Assembly (NCBI RefSeq): GCF_947568905.1
Contig: NC_079172.1
Span: 31,930,001 to 31,994,000 of the forward strand
Length of the DNA: 64,000 bases
Direction of reading: 5' to 3'
From: Ostrea edulis
Lineage: Eukaryota
Shown: positions 13,340 to 26,440 of the stretch, piece by piece
How positions within the stretch are numbered: the stretch's first letter is position 1
Layout of the letters: every line of letters starts with the position of its first letter
Translations under genes and position numbers: made by a program
The notes under the pieces: generated by a model
What the model saw: the letters and a program-made list of their open reading frames with translations, nothing else
What the model was told of the DNA's origin: nothing
Database searches by the model: none

Positions 13340-13368
13340 AGAGAGAGATCAAGAGAGAGAGAGAGATC

Positions 13369-13414
<46 letters not shown>
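13340..13414. repeat. (GA)n microsatellite
   Basis: Direct reading. Confidence 0.95.
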
Positions 13415-13415
<1 letters not shown>

Positions 13416-15491
13416 GTATGTAGACTAATGAGATAAAATTGTTTGTGGCTGTAAATAGAAAACACATTGAAAGTCCTCTTGACATTCAGTGTGTGCTATT
13501 ATTAACTATCATTATGCTCTCATCCTATCGGAAAACAAGACACTCTGGACATGCCTTAATGCATTAACCGCCGAAGTGTTTTCCACAGTTGCACTACCGG
13601 TATTTATAGATCAAAATAAAAATATAAACGACTTACAATCCATAAATTTTATACATTATATAATATTTGTTTAATTATGTATATGAAACTAATTCATATT
13701 CATGATATATTCATGTTTCCAGTAGCTATTTTTTGCTTACAACAGTTGATCTATTCCGTGAGGAGAGAAAAAAAAAATAGCAGAAATATTAGAAACTGTT
13801 TTGATAATCTCTGATATAGTATCAATAAAATATGTCCAAGCTAAAATTAAATTTAAAGAACATAACACACAATAAATCATACTCATATTCATCAAAAGTA
13901 ATGCTGCAGAATATACCCAAGTTTAAACAATATCTTATCTATCTAATTTCAGTATCACGTAATACAAACAACGAATAAATACTGCTATCTATCTTAATAC
14001 CTAAAGCATTACTAAATATTTATGATAAGGAAATATATAAATACTGTCCTCTATTATAGTACGTGAAATGTTTACTAAATATTATTTATACAATATCTCT
14101 TCCTACGAAGAAGATGTAACTTGTAAATGATATTCATGATATTTAGATTTAATCTTAATCTGGATTCAAAGTTGATCAAAAGTGAATTTACAAACTGTTA
14201 GTTTACCTTCTCTATATTTATATGTATATGACTTGTATGTGTGTATATGTATGAATGAATATATATGTGTATGTGTTTGTATATTTATATATTTAATTAT
14301 TTTGTGTTCCACTTCCATTCTGACTTTGATGTTAGGGAGACGGCTAAAATAGGCTGTGCCTGCTACCCAATCCTATTCATTTTTGAATAAAATATTGTTT
14401 AATTTTTTCTTTTAAATTATAGACAAATATAAATAAATACATGAGTGAACATTAACACTGCTACATTAGATTAAAGATGAAAATATAAAATACAGGCAAT
14501 GTTACCATGGAAACACAGTTATGGTATTAGAAAGGGCGTTCCTATCCAATGATTGGTAATATATTTGCATTCTCAGTTTCTGGCAAGTCTGTTGAACAGT
14601 GCTATAGTACATGTAATGAATGTACGGAAATTATATAACTTTACGTAGATTTAAGTTTTATTTCTCACAATCGTATAGTTACAAGTCTAGGGACATTATA
14701 AAATTTAATGTAGATACAAGTTATAGCTCACAACCGTACAGTAATAAATCTAGGGAGAGTATGTAATTTAATGTAGATACAAGTTATAGCTCACAACCGT
14801 ACAGTAATAAATTTAGGGAGAGTATGTAATTTAATGTAGATATTAGTTGTATCTCATAGACTGTGTCTTTGTTTGGATTTCTTTAGCGACCTGGTTTGTC
14901 AAGTATTGTAATAGTGGTTCGTACTATTGTAAATAATGCTTTATTATGGTACATTTTGTGTCAATGTATTAGTCGGTGCTTTTCTCGCCGTTTAGTAAGT
15001 GCCCCGTTCTGTTTATATATAATAAGGATTCAGGGGCCACCAGTAACTATCCTTGTTGCCTCCAAATTTAAGCATTCAGTTTTCTCAACCATGTTTCTAG
15101 ATAAATATTTCCATATGATATCAGTATATTCTGGCTATGGACGGACAAAATTACATTAAGAACTATATTTCTGAACATTTCTGCTCTGGTGACTGAATCA
15201 TACATATAAGCCTAAATGCAATGGGTTAAGAAATGCAGGAAACTTACTCCGATTTTCACCTTAACGTATTTGTTACATCAAACCACTGCGTTGAGTGAGA
15301 TTTCTGTTATATTAGAACTATATAAGGGTATTATGAAACACAACACGATCTAATCCTAAACCTATATGTACGCAAATAAGAACTATACATCCAGGCATGT
15401 TGGTTTAAACGTTTTTTTTAAAATTAAAATGAACTGAGATCAGACAAATTCTGTATTTTTCTTTGTTTACATTTTCGTTTGTTTGTTGTGC

Positions 15492-15499
15492 TATAAATA
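15492..15499 (+). promoter_or_regulatory. Candidate TATA box of the cytokine-like gene
   Basis: TATAAATA about 200 bp upstream of ATG 15703. Confidence 0.4.
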
Positions 15500-15702
15500 G
15501 ATCTGGACTTCATCGTCTATTTTAAGAAGCAAAATTCTCAACTAGCTAGTTCGATATCTATTGGCTATTATTTACCTACAGCATCATCTGATACTGAATT
15601 CAAAAGTGAAAATATTAATTCAATATTTCCAACGAATGTGTATATAACTAAACCACACAACTAAAATGGCATTAGTGAAAAATGAACAAACTCCAGAGAA
15701 AC

Positions 15703-15793
15703 ATGAAAAAAGTCGTCCCAGGTGTCTTGATAACATTATTGGCGATGTTTCTATTAGGTATTGTACTGACCGTTCTGGTCCGTGCTTCACACA
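15703..15793 (+). CDS. Cytokine-like gene exon 1 (signal peptide)
   Basis: MKKVVPG...VRASH, donor A|GTATGT; alternative in-frame ATG at 15682. Confidence 0.8.
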
Positions 15794-18606
15794 GTATGTT
15801 TCAAATATTAATTCATCTGCATGCAAGCTTTTATCTTATTTTGTACTTTTTATTTTATTTTATTTTTGAACTTTTAGAATAGAAAACATTACTTCAACTT
15901 TAGGTCCCCCCCCCCCCCTTTTTATTGTTATATTTATGTATTCTTGTTTATTTCAAATTTTTAAAATCACTGAATTTGTAAATTTGGAAAAGTAGATTGT
16001 ATCGATCTAGCTGTCCAAAATATTTAAAATGCATGAAATTACACCCAGTTATGCTAATTAAAAGTTTCTATTTTCAAACATTTCGTTCCTTTACTACCAA
16101 TATAATAATAATTTTAAAAAATCGAAATTTTCTGTCATGTGTATACGAAAACAAGTAGAACATCTAAAAGCATACATATTTTTTTCTTAAAGCTGTAACG
16201 GATTTTTGTTTTGTACAGGCAACAGTACAAGTGAAGCAGCGCCCCTCTCTACTACAGAAAAGCCAGCCAGATGGACGAATCCCTGCAATGCTACGAGAGA
16301 TCTTAGTTCCAGAAATTTTACAGTACCGTTTCTTCCAGAATTTGAAAAGATTCAGAGGATCAGTGAAAAGTTACTAACCGTGATGGATATTACAGTCACG
16401 CTTAAGACCAAAATAGTAAGTAGCCTAATTTTCTTATTTTCTTTTGCTCTTTAGATTACAAATCTGTAATATTCTTTTGATGGGTTTTTTCCTGGTTCAT
16501 TTTTCACGTGAATTAAAAAAGAGCCACATTCACAAACGTGTCTATTCCACCTTTGTTGTTGTTTTATATTAAAAACTCATAGATTTGGCTCGGACTTAAT
16601 TTCGATTTTTTCCCCCCTATGTTCATGTACCATTGTAGGTTTCACAGAAAACACCGTGGCCTCGTCTCAAAACAACCCTGAAGTAAATTCTTGTTCAAAT
16701 TAATTCAATATTTTAAATTTACAACTCAATATTGAAAAATAATAATAATAATATTTATTTTCCTCTTTAAAAAAAAAATTGGGTGAATGATAGTTTAAGA
16801 ATTCTGCTTACGACAAAAAGACAGTAATAATTTATGCAATCCTTAAATAATTTTTGGATACACCGTATATTTCTGGCAATTGCAATAATTTCAAAACTTT
16901 TTTTCTCGGAGCCGTTAGGATCTGGAGCAGTATTTAGGTTGTCTAAAAATCTTATTGAGTGTATTTCATAACTAAATGTTTCAAAACAGAGAAATGTATT
17001 TGAAGTACATACGTGTACATTTTGTTGCCTTGATTACATCATGTACTGGCAAACGGGTACACTAAAGCACTTCCAACTTTATTTTCACAATTAATTTAAC
17101 GTCCATAACAGCTCAATATAGAGTCCCTTAAAATATCCGCCACATAGAGGTAGGGAAAAAACCAACAACAAAAACACCCCCCCCCCAACCCCCGTATTTC
17201 CCTGCGTTGGTCTTTGTAATTTTCTGACCAGTACCTTTTGCATTTTCTTCAGTATTATTTCGCCATTACAATAATGCCCCTGGGTGAGGAAATCCACGAA
17301 CTTGTATGAAAACTTTAAAATAATTAGCTATAATTCAGTTGTAACCCCTTACAGTTGGTAGGATAAAGAAAAACTTGGATATCCACAGATTGACCACAGG
17401 GACTAAGCCCGTTTGGGCCAGAACTCTGTGATACCATAAATATAGTATATTTATGGTATCACAGAGTTGGGGCCCAAACGGACTTAGCCCCTGTGAGATT
17501 GACCTTTCACTGACCCCGCAAAGGGAGATAATTAAAATATACTGGTTTATAGGTGTATTGGTTGAATAGATATGGATGTATTTGAATGGAGACATTGATA
17601 TATAATTAAACATATAGTTGTAACAGAACACCTGTTATATTTCCATCCATTTACTGGTTTTTACAGTTTCCTGACCACGTGGATTCATTATACAAGCATT
17701 TAAATAATTATGCACTGCATTTTTTCTCTCCTACTCATATATCATACATGTACGTCTATCTTCATTACACAGGCAAATGAGCGGGTCCAGAGTTCGATTA
17801 TGACGTCAGCTCTGAATTCACAACACATAGACGGATTCCCCAACACAACTCTGTCCCAACATAATATGGAGGAATATAAGGACAACGTAAGTTTCTCTTT
17901 CTTGTCCCCTGCCCCCCTCCCTCCCCTTTGTACGACAACATAGATTGACAGTTTCTATGTCATGCGCTCATCAATAGGAGCTAACGTCACCGGAGGCCCC
18001 ATATCGTGATGGGTGTTGTCACGATAATCTTATTGTGCCCTAAGGCCTGGCATAGAGCATGATAGGTCAATTTAATTTTGTGGCACTAGTGACAAATGAA
18101 ACATAAAACAATATGTAAATAATTAAAACTGTGGTATTTACTCATTCAAAAGACCCAGTTAACAGTGGGTTTTTTTTTTTTCCTAAGCAAATTATTTATA
18201 CAGACGTTTAATCTTTATCCATTCAGAAAATTTCTGTTTCTCCTTCCAACAGGTAACCCTGGCGTATATAAGAAGCTATCGGGATTTGTCGGTGGTTGCA
18301 GTATTCCTAGAGGCCGTCCGAGAAGATGAAGACCAGTATGAATACGGTAGCTGGACCCCTGAAATCAAAGATAAAGAAAATAGACTCTATGGCCTTCTCT
18401 GCGAACTCCATAATGCCATCATCACGAATGGGGCCGTCATTGAATACGAATCACGTGATATTATGCCCCAGGAGTGGCGTGGTATGTCTAATCGTTCCTA
18501 TAGAAACTATCGCGATTACGTCATCATGAAAGACAGTGGCCTAGTCTATCAAAGTTTCTTCAACATGTACCAAACTATTTTGAATTCGTTTAAAGTAGGG
18601 GTCTAG
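15703..18606 (+). CDS. Secreted Unpaired/IL-6-like four-helix cytokine candidate (4 exons, ~251 aa)
   Basis: Exons 15703-15793, 16219-16415, 17773-17886, 18253-18606; all introns GT-AG with consistent phases 1,0,0. Signal peptide MKKVVPGVLITLLAMFLLGIVLTVLVRA; motifs WTNPC, AVFLEAVREDE, LYGLLCELHNAI, RNYRDYVIMKD; five N-glycosylation sequons. Confidence 0.8.
16219..16415 (+). CDS. Cytokine-like gene exon 2
   Basis: TTTTGTACAG| SNSTSEAAP...WTNPCNAT...KTKI |GTAAGT. Confidence 0.88.
17394..17496. repeat. Central hairpin of an intronic MITE (~17330-17640)
   Basis: Stem AACTCTGTGATACCATAAATATA-g-TATATTTATGGTATCACAGAGTT, extended by imperfect outer arms. Confidence 0.7.
17773..17886 (+). CDS. Cytokine-like gene exon 3
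   Basis: ACACAG| ANERVQ...EEYKDN |GTAAGT; 114 bp, phase 0-0. Confidence 0.88.
18253..18606 (+). CDS. Cytokine-like gene exon 4 (terminal)
   Basis: TCCTTCCAACAG| VTLAYIRSY...SFKVGV*; AATAAA at 18916-18921. Confidence 0.9.
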   Translation, partial: VTLAYIRSYRDLSVVAVFLEAVREDEDQYEYGSWTPEIKDKENRLYGLLCELHNAIITNGAVIEYESRDIMPQEWRGMSNRSYRNYRDYVIMKDSGLVYQSFFNMYQTILNSFKVGV

Positions 18607-21130
18607 TAGCGTGACGTCATGTCCGGATCGAACTCCAGTATTGGTTCACGTACTATTATTATTGGGTGGATTTATACTGTTTTTACATTTACCTGGATGT
18701 TTTTTAATTTAGTAAAATGAATACAATAACACTCCATCACTTATATTTAAGTAGACTATGGATCCAATCTTCTTTCCATTTTTTGTCATCTAATTCACAC
18801 ATAAAACCAGAGGTACATATTTGTTTAATTGAGATACAGGCCGGGGTATTACATGTTAAAATTATCTGTAAATTAAAAAAAATTCATGATATGCAATCAT
18901 GCACTTGTGGAATTAAATAAAACAATTCTGCATTTGTTATATATTTGTTATCTTGTTATATATTTGTTATCTTCTGTTATGTGAAAATCATCTTCAAAAT
19001 GGTTATTTTGGCCCAAAAATGTAAATATAAATTGAGATGCTGTGAAAATATTATGCTGAGAAAGGGCAGATTTTTTAAATGTATTTTAACAAGCATTCAT
19101 ATATGAACATAATATGTGAGTTTGAATGAAAAATCACAAGTCAAATTTTTAAAATATTCATATTAGTGGTGTTGCAGTGCCGTATTTTTGACTGCCGAGG
19201 GCCTGTATTGAGTTCAATTTTGTACCACCATTATTAAAAAACATGAAACTATGTTAAAATTTCATTTTTAATTATTTAGTTAAACATATTTATTTCATAT
19301 TTGAGGAAAAAAATTGCAGCATCATACCTCAAACAAAATTTTATGGACATATTCTAGGACTTCTTCAATGAATTCTGATATTGCCGTTTGACAAATGGGG
19401 GTACACGTAATAAAAATACCATAATTTACTCATTATACTGACAACCCCCCATTTTTTTGTTTTTATCATACCCTGAAATGAACAATCTAAGTATCTAAAC
19501 TCAAATTTTTGAGAAATCACAAGTAGGTCCAGGACTAGGGACCTACCTTAACAGTAGTTCCTAGTCATTCTTGGCGATGCCCAACGTCATTTGGAAAGGC
19601 AGCTTCCATCTAATTCTGTTTTAATGATGAAATGACATTTTTGTGAATTTTTTTTTTTTATTGTAAATTTTAATATCGGTTCTGTATGGTCCCCATTCAT
19701 TTCATCACCACTTCTGAAATTCTCTAATGCCTTGGTGTTCAGTAACAAGCTTGCCAACAATGTCTTTCAATGTCTTCAAGCATCATATCATTGCTTTCCA
19801 TGATCTCAATGTTATAACTTTTTGTTATGGGTCTGAAATATTCTAGGATCTCATTAATCACTGCCAAGCTCAGGTTCATTGATTTAGTTGTCGTCCTTTT
19901 CTTTTCACATGCCGTTTTCTCCATTTCTTACAGTGACCCATTTACATGTATAAATACGTTTTCTATATGTCATTATTAACAATTAAAAAAGAAAAACCGC
20001 AAGGTCCAGTCTTTTGGTACGTTGTTTTAATTCAAACATCGTCATAGAGAATGTTTTTAAGGAAGAATGATACATAGTCAAAATGGCGCAAATTTTTTTT
20101 CTTCTCCAGATTATTTTCTATGCATTTAAAAAAAAACACCACCAAATAATGTAAATTTGCGCGAATCCCCTCAAAGATTATTTTCTACTAAAATTGCATA
20201 TTTTAAAAATTAAATAATGTAAATTTGAAGTTTTTCGCTTTGAAAATATTATTGTATACATATCCTCCACTTTCCATTCATATCAGGCTTCTCTGGTGTG
20301 TTATTCATCCTTAAAACGACTAGAAAAGAAGAGGTGTGTGTATTTTGCATGTAATTTATTGTTTGATATGACTTCACAGTAAGGTTGTGTGTGTACATGT
20401 TATTTAAAAATTTACATAGGATTTATTACGTGATCACGTTATCTGTTGGAATACTATGGCGTTTTGTGATAATTACTTAATATGTATGCATTCCTCTAAC
20501 ACTTATGAAGATTATACATATTTATATCCATTAACATGTAATAACAGATGTATATTTAACAAACACTATATTTTTAGTTCTAGTTGTTGCCAGTCTTAAA
20601 GCCAGGGAAATGATCTGTGTAATTATGTTATATACGTTTGTTTTTAAAATATCTCTTGTAATATTTAAACTCGTTCATGTATGGTATATTTACTTTAAAA
20701 TCTTAGATTTATACATGTATTCTTTTGTTTTTAAAATATATTTTGTAATATGTTGTTTTAACTCATTATCTACTTAAAATGTCCAGAAACTTGAACAGAA
20801 TTAATCTAGGTTTATATACATGTGTGTATATTTTTGTTTTTCAAATATCTCATGTAATATTTTTTTTAAAACTCATTTATGTATGGTAGGTACACTTAAA
20901 ATGTCCAGAAATTTTAACAGAATTAATCTCAGTTTATATATGTATATTTTTGTTTTTCAAATATCTTTTGTAATATTTTTAAACTTGTTCACTGTGTATG
21001 ATATCTGTCGTTGAATTCCTGATTAAACATGCAGACTTTACATGGTGTTTAATAACAATGCAATTCACTGTAATCTACAAGATATTACTGTGGAAGTGGG
21101 CAGAGGGACCACCTGTCCCCCTCCCTCCTC

Positions 21131-21161
<31 letters not shown>

Positions 21162-21720
21162 TAACATATTCTTTATTTCCTCCAAGTTAATGGAGAGTTA
21201 TGAGTAATTGACAACTAGAACATTCTACAATTGAATATGAACAGGAACAAACATAATTATATATGTACCAAGTTACATTTTACGACAACCAAATATAAAG
21301 AGATTTTTCAATTTGAAAACATAATTTGAAACAATTTGAATTACCTTTTTCCATGTATCACGAGACAAATTTCCAAAGCTAGTACCATTGATACATCCCA
21401 AAAGAGAAAGATATTGTGTTCAATACTTTGACTCTCAAAATTAACACATTCTTCAAGGTCTAACAGGTCCAATACATTTTCTAGTAAATGTTCTCTTTCT
21501 GATAAAACATTGAAGCAACTGAGCATTACATGCATTTTATTATTTGAAACATTCTTGCTACACAAAGTACATTCTTTTGAAAGTATTTTCATAGAGGCAA
21601 GCTGCAAGAGACAATTAATAGACAATCGATGACTATGATTTTCATTAAGGATACACCAGATATGACTTGGTCTTAATTTACAATGAATTTTCATAAAAAA
21701 ACGACATATGTTGAAATTGT
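21131..21720 (-). mobile_element. 3' fragment of a LINE (C-terminal Cys motif, AATAAA, (CA)n tail)
   Basis: ORF 21694-21341 has ECTLC...HVMLSC...ER..LLENVLDLLD, typical of LINE ORF2 C-termini; on - strand AATAAA directly precedes a (CA)n run. Confidence 0.55.
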
Positions 21721-21829
21721 GATAAATTGCGTTATGCCATTTTCCCTCTTCTACTAGAAATACACTTTTAAAAACTGATTTTTAAAGGAGTGGAATTTTC
21801 GTTGTATATACAAACGAGTGGGTTTAAAG

Positions 21830-23305
21830 TTGCACATATAGAGGAGTATATATATAGAGACGGGCGGATCTAAAGTTGTACATACAAGTATATAGAGGAG
21901 TATATATGTAGCTGTATATAGAGACGGGCGGATCTAAAGTTGTAAATACAAGTATATAGAGGATTATATTTATAGCTGTGTGACGGGCAATCTAATTAAA
22001 ATTAGATGTTAGATCCGCTCACATATTCGCTACACAAACGTTTGTGTAGCGAGTATGTGAGCGGATCTAACCTCTACTTTTAATTAGATTGTGTGACGTA
22101 CAGATTTAAAGTTGTATATACAAGTATATAGAGGAGTATATTTATAGCTGTGTGACGTACAGATTTAAAGTTGTATATACAAGTATATAGAGGAGTATGT
22201 CTATAGCTGTGTGATGGGCAGATTTAAAGTTGTATATACAAGTATATAGAGTATATATAAACGAGTTGATTTAAAGCTATATATAGACAGGAGCGGATTT
22301 AAAGCTGTATATAGACAGGAGCGGATTTAAAGCTGTATATAGACAGGAGCGGATTTAAAGCTGTATATAGACAGGAGCGGATTTATAGCTGTGTGGTAGT
22401 ATCGGTCTATATTATCTCCATTTCATTATTTTCTACTTGTCTACGTAAATTCCTATCTTCGTATTCGAGTTGTTTATTTCATGAAACAGGAAGAGAGTTA
22501 TCTTTTATTTCCAAACGTATTTTATTACAAAACTTCTCATCGATTACTTCTAGATTTATTATCAAATCACATTACAGGTAACTTTTACTTTCATTCTTTT
22601 GTTAAGAATAGTATTTAAATCCGAGCACAACCGTGATCGGGGCTTCTTCTGAGCCAAACCTTGCAACAAGGTAAATATCAGGAGTTGCCACACCCTGTAT
22701 TTTTGATTAGTGTTTCTTTATTTTTCCTGTTTAATTATATTTTTCTCTCAAGCCACATTCATTCCCCGGGATTATCATTTTGGTATTTATCATATAATTG
22801 TTGAACTTTATTAAAGGTTTAAAACTTTATTTATTATTTTATTGCTAGCCTCACTCTAGGCGGACTCAAACTTACTTGGAAATATCTAAAGGGTTGAATA
22901 CTTTATATAACACCTATCATCATTTAAAAAAACCACAACGCGAAGTAAAAAGAACATATCAATAGTAGTGGCAGAATGACCAACTATTACAGCTATATTA
23001 CGGGTGGATTTGAAGTTGTATATACAAGTATAAATATAGAGTGTACATAGTTACATGTACTTCTCTATACACATGTACTTGTATATATACAACTTTAAAC
23101 CAGCCCGTCATACAGCTATAAAATATACATGCAGCTTTAAATCCGCTCCTCTCTAAATTCAGCTTTAAATCCGCTCCTCTCTATATTCAGCTTTAAATCC
23201 GCTCCTCAATTTCTACAACTTTAGATCCGCTCCTCCCTATATAGCTTTAAATCCACTCGTTTACAGGAGCGGATTTAAAGCTGTATATAGAGAGGAGCAG
23301 ATTTC
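21830..23305. repeat. Degenerate GGAGCGGATTTAAAGCTGTATA satellite with orientation switches
   Basis: Forward units at 21830-22392 and 22990-23042, inverted units at ~23063-23260, forward again to 23305. Confidence 0.8.
21988..22091. mobile_element. Palindromic MITE, 9-bp TSD family
   Basis: CAATCTAATTAAAA...TTTTAATTAGATTG; stem centred on GCTACACAAA-cg-TTTGTGTAGC; flanks TGTGACGGG / TGTGACGTA. Confidence 0.75.
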
Positions 23306-23445
23306 AGGAGGAATAACACACCAGAGAAATTTGATATGCCGGGATGAAAAGTGGAGGATATGTACAATAATATTTTGAAATTGAAAACTAACAAATTTAT
23401 CTTATTTACATATAGTTAAACATGCAGTTTTAATAGAAAGTGACA

Positions 23446-23477
<32 letters not shown>

Positions 23478-25317
23478 GGATACTAAAACCTCTGATATAT
23501 AGACTTGAAAGCATGAACTAAAGATTCTGAGTCCACAAGTTTAATAACCTACTGAGCTACCCAGCTAGATACAATCATTGCTGATATTTTTATCTTTCGT
23601 TCAAGTTGCAAGTCTCCTGGAAATCGGTGAATTCTTGGCATCAGCACCTTGCTTCCGAAGGACATGAACTTCCTATTCTATTCAGATAATTCGCATGCAT
23701 AATTATGTTCTTTAAAAATTGTAGTAGAAATTACAAATTTGGAGAAAATGTATTTGATTTGTTTTTAGAACAGAGAAAGGACAAACGCCGCTCTCTCCTC
23801 AAAACGAAATATGTAATGACTTTATCCAACTCAATGGAAAATTCATGTTTATTTCTTTTTGAATTTTATTCATTTTCTTTTTTTTCCCTTTCAAATGGAT
23901 GTGGACTCTTGGGAGTAAACGCCTGCATGCACGGCGTCAACATCTGCCACTACACAGAACTTGATTTAGAGACCCGCGGATCTCATGAAAGTGTGATCTT
24001 TAATTTGGATCTCAAAATCAATGATTATCTACTTCTTAGGGTTTACATGTATACTAAATCTGATGTCTATCAAGCAAAGGTTTCTCAAAATATTGAGCGG
24101 ACAGTATTTTCTTATGTCCGGAGTAGTTTAACACTGACCTTTGACTTGGTGACCTCAAAATCAATAGTGGTCATCTATACTCCTTAGGGGTGCCAGGCTT
24201 AAAAGTCTATCTAGCTCATGGTTCTGAAGATATTTAGCAGACAATTATTTTATAATGCTCTGAGTAGTCTGACTGTGTGACCTCAAAATCAATAAAGGTC
24301 ACCTGCTCCTTAGAAGCTACTCCTCATCTCGTTATTAAAGTTGGATATTTGTCAAGCAAAGTGCTCTTGAGCCCACAGCACTTGGTCTACCAACCAACCA
24401 ACTGGTACAAATCAACATGCCCCTAAAAACAATTAAGAAATCAAATTCCGGCTGTACATAACTGCAATTTGTAAATTTAACATGATTTATTTAAAATTAA
24501 TAAAAAATGATGCGGTATAACATAAAGTAAAAGATTTACAATAAATGATCACAGAAAAAGAATATAAATACAAAGAGAATAAAATACAAAATAAACACAT
24601 GGAAATACCGGTAGTAGTGAAAGTCATCATAATATTTGGGTCTAATATATAAACAATTCATATGAAATGTATTATAAACAAACAGGAAACAGGCTTTGTA
24701 GATTTTCCTGGATATTTAGAGAATTTCGTTGTGTAGATTTTCCTGGTTTAGCTTGTTCATCAATTTATTTTCAGCACGAACAATGTCTACTAATTTGGGT
24801 CCTGTATGATTTGAGCCCTGGAAATTGGAATACAATTTTGCCCCATTTTAAATGACCCCTTATTCCATTTCACTTGTTCAGAGCTGCATTGCATTCAGAT
24901 TCCAGCCCTGATTAATATTTGTGTGAAAATATACATATATGTAAGCGGCATCAAACTTACAGACATAGGATACCTAACCAAAAAAAAAAAATAAATTACA
25001 GAATTTTGTAAAACTATTTGTAAATATTGCTAAACACCCATATTTGCCACAAAATTTACTATGAAACCACCTTTATTTTTGCATTATTCACAAATCTTTA
25101 CTTGAAAATTCAATGGAAAAGCATTACCCAAACTTGAAATTGTTCAAAAATACATCTTTTTATTGGTGCATTTCATGCATTAATGACCAATTTACATTGT
25201 TGTTTGATCAAATAATAGAAAATCCCACCTAAACACATACAGCAAAATTCTACTTCATTTGACGCGTCCCAAATCTTGGCTATCCTATGACCTTCAAACG
25301 CCATCAAATATTACATT

Positions 25318-25738
25318 CAATCTGATTAAAATCAGAACCTATGATCCGCTCACGAAGATTGCTACACTAGTGTAGTGCTCATGTAGATCAATACACTACA
25401 CTTAGACTAGTGTAGCTATCTACATGAGCACACTACACTTAGACTAGTTTAGCTATCTACATGAGTACACTACACTTAGACTAGTGTAGCTATCTACATG
25501 AGTACACTACACTTAGACTAGTACACTACACTTAGACTAGTGTAGCTATATACATGAGCACACTACACTTAGACTAGTGTACCTATCTACATGAGTACAC
25601 TACACTTAAACTAGTGTAGCTATCTACATGAGTACACTACACTTAGACTAGTGTAGCTATCTACATGAGCACACTACACTTAGACTAGTGTAGCTATCTA
25701 CATGAGCGGATCATAGGATCTGATTTTAATCAGATTTA
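25318..25738. mobile_element. 9-bp-TSD MITE filled with a 37-bp satellite
   Basis: TIR AATCTGATTAAAATCAGA.CCTATGATCCGCTCA at both ends; flanks TATTACATT / TCTTACATT; ~8.5 units of TACACTACACTTAGACTAGTGTAGCTATCTACATGAG. Confidence 0.8.
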
Positions 25739-26144
25739 TCTTACATTTTGTCTACATTGATTGTCTACATGCCTCAAAAAAAATTTCAATGAAGGCATAA
25801 ATACAGACTAAAATATGGTAATACTATCTTAGCCATGACATGTACAGTGTACTTGCAAACTTACATGTTGTTATATTTTTTTTACTGACCGAAAGTCTGA
25901 AAAATAAACAATAAATTGTGGGATGAAGAGGTTGCATGACATTACAATAATATACAATACAATGCGATACAAAAATGTTTAAACATGTATACTGAAAGTC
26001 TGCAATTTCCCTGCAACATTATTTCATCTTCAGAAATATTATTCAACGGACTTACTCTTGCAACAAGCGCAGCATAATTAAGAGTCAACCACTGCACAAA
26101 AGTATCACATTCCTATCATCTGAATTAATGAGCTGGATTGTTAA

Positions 26145-26440
26145 GGAGGTACCTTACATCATGTCGTCATGGCTGACTTCCATTTAAAATATGAAGGAAA
26201 ATATAAATATCAGCAATATTTGTCTATTCCTTTAAGATTTAATTGCCTAGCTGAGTAGCTCAATAGATCGCGGGTTCGAATCCTGCAGGGGTTTTAAACT
26301 TTTTTCAGATTACTTTCAACTAAACCTGCATTTTTTGACTAAATAAAGTAAATTTAAAAGTTTTCAATTTCAAAATACATGTAATATTGTGCATTTTCTT
26401 CATTTTTCATCCATATCAAATTTTTCTGTGTTATTCCTCC
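26145..26440 (+). mobile_element. Kolobok-like MITE (TTAA TSD) with tRNA-like internal segment
   Basis: TTAA|GGAGG...CCTCC|TTAA; internal TAGCTCAATAG and GGTTCGAATCC (A/B-box-like); related copies at 32511-32832 and ~23307-23600. Confidence 0.7.

Noticed and set aside
16640-16682. Apparent extra exon (TGTAG|...|GTAAAT) in the cytokine-like gene
   Set aside because: Its length breaks the phase between exons 2 and 3, and it lies next to a mariner-like terminus (…GGATACACCGTA at ~16855-16867).
26240-26295. tRNA gene
   Set aside because: A/B-box-like motifs only, without a complete cloverleaf; part of a dispersed MITE. The same applies to 32660-32735 and the SINE head at ~35950-36027.
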